Shown one piece after another: positions 60,155-64,000 of a DNA stretch of 64,000 bases; within the stretch, counting starts at the first letter, position 1, and each line of letters begins with the position of its first letter. The translations under genes were made by a program, and so were the position numbers. Source of the stretch: an uncultured Candidatus Cloacimonas sp. (GTDB lineage Bacteria; Cloacimonadota; Cloacimonadia; Cloacimonadales; Cloacimonadaceae); the NCBI GenBank assembly GCA_964609575.1, contig CAZSST010000001.1, positions 1,391 to 65,390 of the forward strand. Reading direction: 5' to 3'. The notes beneath the pieces are model-generated. The model was given only the letters and a program-made list of their open reading frames with translations. It was not told the origin of the DNA and searched no databases.

Positions 60155-62785
60155 ATGGAAGATAAAAAGCTAACCCCCATGCTTCGTCAATTCTATGAAG
60201 TGAAGGAAAAGCATCCGGATAAACTGGTGCTTTTCAGAATGGGGGATTTTTATGAAACTTTCTTTGATGACGCGCATACAGCTTCCAAGGTGCTGAATAT
60301 CACACTTACCACACGCAATAAAAACGATGACGATCCCATTCCCCTGGCGGGTTTTCCCTATCATGCCCTGAATAACTATCTGGACAAGTTAATAAAAGCA
60401 GGCCTGAAAGTAGTGATCTGCGAGCAAACCGAAGATCCCAAGAAAGCCGTGGGGCTGGTTAAAAGAGAAGTTACGGAGATCATCACTCCGGGTGCAGTGT
60501 TGGATAATTCGCTTCTGGATGGGACTGCTAACGTGTTTCTGGCAGCGCTTTATTATCAAGATCCCGAAAAGAAGATCGGAGTGGCACACCTTGACCTTTC
60601 CACGGGAGAATTTATCTTTACCGAACTTGGTAAGAACGAACTGGAAAATGAATTGCAGCGTTTGAAACCTGCGGAGATAGTGGTGCCGGATAGCGAGGTG
60701 GAAAAATTCATTAAAAGCCTGAGTTTAGCGCCATCTCCCACGATCACTATCTTTGATAGCTGGCAATATCAGCCCTCCGAGGCGGTTCTAACCCTAAAGA
60801 AACACTTTGGCGTAAGCTCGTTGGAAGCCTTTGGCGCGCATAATAAAAGCCTGGGTGCCACTGCGGCCGGTGCGGCTCTTGCCTATGTGCAGAGTTTGTA
60901 TAGCTCTCCGTTGCAGCACATCTCTTCTCTTAGCTACTATTCTTTATCGCAATACATGCAGTTGGACGAGATCAGCCGTAGAAACCTGGAACTTACTCAC
61001 AGCCTGAGATATGGCAGCAAGCATGGCAGTTTGCTTTCGGTGATCGACGAAACCATGACCCCCATGGGCAGCCGGCTGATGCAACAATGGCTGCTGCATC
61101 CGCTTATGGAACAGCAACACATCGAAGCTCGGCAGAATACCATCAAGGCGTTTATCAATCGTAGTGGCCACTTGAAAGAGCTACGCCGCGATCTCAAAGA
61201 GATTGGGGATATTGCGCGTATCGTGTCCCGCTTGGGTGCGCTGCGCATCAATCCCCGGGAAATTGTAGCCCTGAAATCATACCTGTTATCGGCGCAAAAC
61301 CTCAATACCAGGCTGGCAGATTTTAGCGATAGCCGCATCGAAAGTTGGCTGCAAAGCATGAGCAATTTTGGGGAATTGATAACCTCCATCGACGGAGCGA
61401 TAAGGGATAATCCTCCACTCACGATCACGGAAGGGGGTATTTTCAACCGGGGCTATGATCCTGATCTTGATGAACTCTTGGAATTGATCCACGATGGTAA
61501 AAGCTGGATTGCCCGCTTAGAGGAAGATGAACGCCACAAAACAGGCATTCCCAGCTTGAAAGTAGGCTACAACCGCGTTTTTGGCTATTACCTTGAAGTA
61601 ACCAGCCTTCATAAAAGCAAGGTGCCGGATTATTACACTCCCAAGCAAACCCTTACCAATTCTGAGCGTTACATTTCACCACGCCTAAAAGAATTTGAGG
61701 CCAAGGTACTTTCTTCAGAAGAGAAAATCAAGAACCTTGAGTATGAACTCTTTAGAGATTTCCGCAGCATGCTGGCAGAATCCTTGCCCCGACTGCAACA
61801 GCTAAGCGAAACCGTCGCCGAGATCGATGTATTTCTATCGTTGGCCTTCATGGCCTGGCAGAACCACTACTGCTGTCCCAATTTTACTGCCAGCAGAGAG
61901 CTGAAGATAATCGAGGGGCGCCATCCGGTGATTGAAAAACTGGTGGAAACCGATAAATTTATCCCCAATGACACCACTTTGGATTATCCCGACACCAGTA
62001 TCGCCATTATCACGGGGCCAAATATGGCGGGTAAATCTACCTTCCTACGCCAGGTAGGCCTTTTGGTGATTATGGCGCAAATGGGTTCTTTTGTGCCTGC
62101 CACGCAGATGTCTTTGCCTATCTTTGATAGAGTTTTTACCCGTGTAGGTGCTTCGGATAATTTGGCCCAGGGTCAGAGCACTTTTCTTGTGGAAATGATC
62201 GAGACAGCCAATATCCTGAATTCTGCCACTGATAAATCCCTGATTCTACTTGATGAAATCGGAAGGGGAACCTCCACTTTTGACGGACTCAGCCTTGCCT
62301 GGGCGATTATCGAGCACGTTCAGAAATACAAGCATGCCTTAACCCTTTTTGCCACTCACTATCACGAATTAACCGAACTGGAACACATTTATCCCGAGAT
62401 AAAAAACTATAACGTGGCTGTGAAGCTCTGGAATGACAACATGATCTTTATCCGCAAGATTGAGCGGGGTGGGGCAGACCAAAGCTACGGCATTCAGGTA
62501 GCGCGGTTGGCGGGAGTTCCCGAAAAGGTGATCCGCCGTGCCCGTGAGATTCTGAAAAACCTCGAGGAACACGAGATCAGCCCTCAGGGCCTTAGCGCTT
62601 CGATCCGGCGTAAACTGAATCGTGATACTCCTCAGATAGATATTTTCGAAGTACTGGCAGACAAAGCGGAAGCTCATCAGCCTCTCTTGCAAGAGATTAA
62701 AGATATGGAACTGGATGAAATCAGCCCCGCTAATGCCTGGCAAAAATTGAAAGAATTTCAAGACCAATTACTGGGAGACACATGA
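60155..62785 (+). CDS. mutS: DNA mismatch repair protein MutS
   Basis: TPMLRQ, FRMGDFYE, TGPNMAGKST, STFLVEM, DEIGRGT, FATHYHEL, SYGIQVA. Confidence 0.98.
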   Translation: MEDKKLTPMLRQFYEVKEKHPDKLVLFRMGDFYETFFDDAHTASKVLNITLTTRNKNDDDPIPLAGFPYHALNNYLDKLIKAGLKVVICEQTEDPKKAVGLVKREVTEIITPGAVLDNSLLDGTANVFLAALYYQDPEKKIGVAHLDLSTGEFIFTELGKNELENELQRLKPAEIVVPDSEVEKFIKSLSLAPSPTITIFDSWQYQPSEAVLTLKKHFGVSSLEAFGAHNKSLGATAAGAALAYVQSLYSSPLQHISSLSYYSLSQYMQLDEISRRNLELTHSLRYGSKHGSLLSVIDETMTPMGSRLMQQWLLHPLMEQQHIEARQNTIKAFINRSGHLKELRRDLKEIGDIARIVSRLGALRINPREIVALKSYLLSAQNLNTRLADFSDSRIESWLQSMSNFGELITSIDGAIRDNPPLTITEGGIFNRGYDPDLDELLELIHDGKSWIARLEEDERHKTGIPSLKVGYNRVFGYYLEVTSLHKSKVPDYYTPKQTLTNSERYISPRLKEFEAKVLSSEEKIKNLEYELFRDFRSMLAESLPRLQQLSETVAEIDVFLSLAFMAWQNHYCCPNFTASRELKIIEGRHPVIEKLVETDKFIPNDTTLDYPDTSIAIITGPNMAGKSTFLRQVGLLVIMAQMGSFVPATQMSLPIFDRVFTRVGASDNLAQGQSTFLVEMIETANILNSATDKSLILLDEIGRGTSTFDGLSLAWAIIEHVQKYKHALTLFATHYHELTELEHIYPEIKNYNVAVKLWNDNMIFIRKIERGGADQSYGIQVARLAGVPEKVIRRAREILKNLEEHEISPQGLSASIRRKLNRDTPQIDIFEVLADKAEAHQPLLQEIKDMELDEISPANAWQKLKEFQDQLLGDT

Positions 62786-64000
62786 AGAAACTAATTCCCG
62801 CTTTCATTCTGGGGATTCTGCTATTAAATGCCTGCAGCACAAACAACAGCGAAGCTGCAGGGAAGATTAACGGCACTACCATCAGCCTGGAGCAATTCTA
62901 TGGCTCACAGCGGCGTAACTATGCCGATTTCAGCTACCGTTATGGCAAAAATCCTGATACTACGGAGCGTCGTAAGATCTTTTCCGACACCTGGCGCAGC
63001 CTTACTCAATATGCCATTTTGAAAGATTACTTTGAAAAGTATGACATCAAGGTAAGCGACCAGGAAGTTATAGATACGCTTTCTGCCTCGATTCCCACCT
63101 TTATCCTCAGCTCTCCCCGTTTTCAAACGGATGGCACTTTCAACCGCAATCTCTATCTGCAATCGCTTCTTACTGACCGGCCTGAAAACCAAGGCCCCTT
63201 GCGCGAAGATTACAAAGAGCGGGTGATTCCCATTCAGAAACTGAAGCAAATCCTCATCGACAAGGAAATGCTGAATAAATCCATCCGTCAGCAAATAGCC
63301 CGTATTCTGGGCAGTGATGCTGATATCGATCTCTATATCTTTGATCCCGAAGCATATCCGGTTAGCGTTAGTGACGCTGATATTGCTGCCTATTACCAAA
63401 AGAACATAGAGCGTTATCGCCTTCGTCCCTTCCACCGTCTGGCTTACACCGCAATTCCCGTGTCCCCCGAGCTGGATGATTTTGCCATCACCAAGGCCGT
63501 GGCGGATTCATTGTATCGAGAATTGAATTTTGGCACTCCAGCTGCCGAAGCTATTGCCCTGTACCATAATAGTGGTGCAGTAATCTCAATGGTCGAATCT
63601 GGCTATCAAAAAACCGATGAACTCCCCGAGGAGCTGCGTATAGCTTTTTCCGAGCTTGCCGATGGTGCTTGCACACCGCCCCAGAAAACTGATGAGGGCT
63701 ATCTGATTTACCAAAAATTGCAAAGCACAAAATCGCTCAGTTTATACCGTAGCATATACTTACAGGCCATGCCCCGCAGTAAATCACTGCTTCAGCCGGA
63801 GGGAAGAGCTCGTAACCTCATGAATCTGGCTTTGCAGATAGGGCTCGAGCAAGCCGCCCACGAATTTGACCTCGAGTATCATCGGGGAAATGCCACTCCC
63901 CTGGATAGCCTCGATTTACCCGTAGGCGAATTGAAGGGCAGCATCCTGAAGAAACTGCGCAATGCCGCTTCCGGCAGCATCTTCGAGCCGGTATTTTCGC
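62782..64000 (+). CDS. SurA-N/PpiD-like chaperone lipoprotein (truncated by the window end)
   Basis: ATGA overlap with mutS; MKKLIPAFILGILLLNAC lipobox, IKVSDQEV...FQTDGTFN, VSDADIAAYYQKN; absent from the ORF track because no stop lies in the window. Confidence 0.8.
   Translation, partial: MKKLIPAFILGILLLNACSTNNSEAAGKINGTTISLEQFYGSQRRNYADFSYRYGKNPDTTERRKIFSDTWRSLTQYAILKDYFEKYDIKVSDQEVIDTLSASIPTFILSSPRFQTDGTFNRNLYLQSLLTDRPENQGPLREDYKERVIPIQKLKQILIDKEMLNKSIRQQIARILGSDADIDLYIFDPEAYPVSVSDADIAAYYQKNIERYRLRPFHRLAYTAIPVSPELDDFAITKAVADSLYRELNFGTPAAEAIALYHNSGAVISMVESGYQKTDELPEELRIAFSELADGACTPPQKTDEGYLIYQKLQSTKSLSLYRSIYLQAMPRSKSLLQPEGRARNLMNLALQIGLEQAAHEFDLEYHRGNATPLDSLDLPVGELKGSILKKLRNAASGSIFEPVFS

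Noticed and set aside
62905..63435. 176-aa minus-strand ORF
   Set aside because: Antisense to the SurA/PpiD-like gene that starts at 62782

Overview
Gene-dense chromosomal window from an anaerobic diderm bacterium, most consistent with Cloacimonadota (inference from a C25 peptidase with a FlgD/T9SS-like C-terminal domain, a GT9 heptosyltransferase, an OFOR and overall gene content). It holds about 45 CDS: an RND efflux pair, a long minus-strand operon (aminotransferase, degenerate His-kinase, sigma54 regulator, sugar ABC permeases, DUF2723, OFOR alpha/beta, Fe-S proteins), housekeeping genes (coaBC, queA, birA, uvrA, psuG, mutL, miaA, trxB, alaS, rho, mutS), several secreted surface proteins and tRNA-Gly(CCC). 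No integrase, transposase or CRISPR array was seen. The most unusual signals are: (1) intergenic inverted arrays of degenerate 11-nt units, three of them centred on TTCCCTCATCGCGA; (2) a shared ~65-aa C-terminal domain on two unrelated secreted proteins, distinct from the FlgD/T9SS-type tail; (3) a beta-helix plus EYFWDxDPG-repeat gene pair; (4) a sensorless pseudo-histidine kinase coupled to a sigma54 activator, with a sigma54 promoter before the C25 protease; (5) a membrane-anchored three-cluster ferredoxin next to OFOR. All calls come from reading the sequence by eye; no database searches were run.
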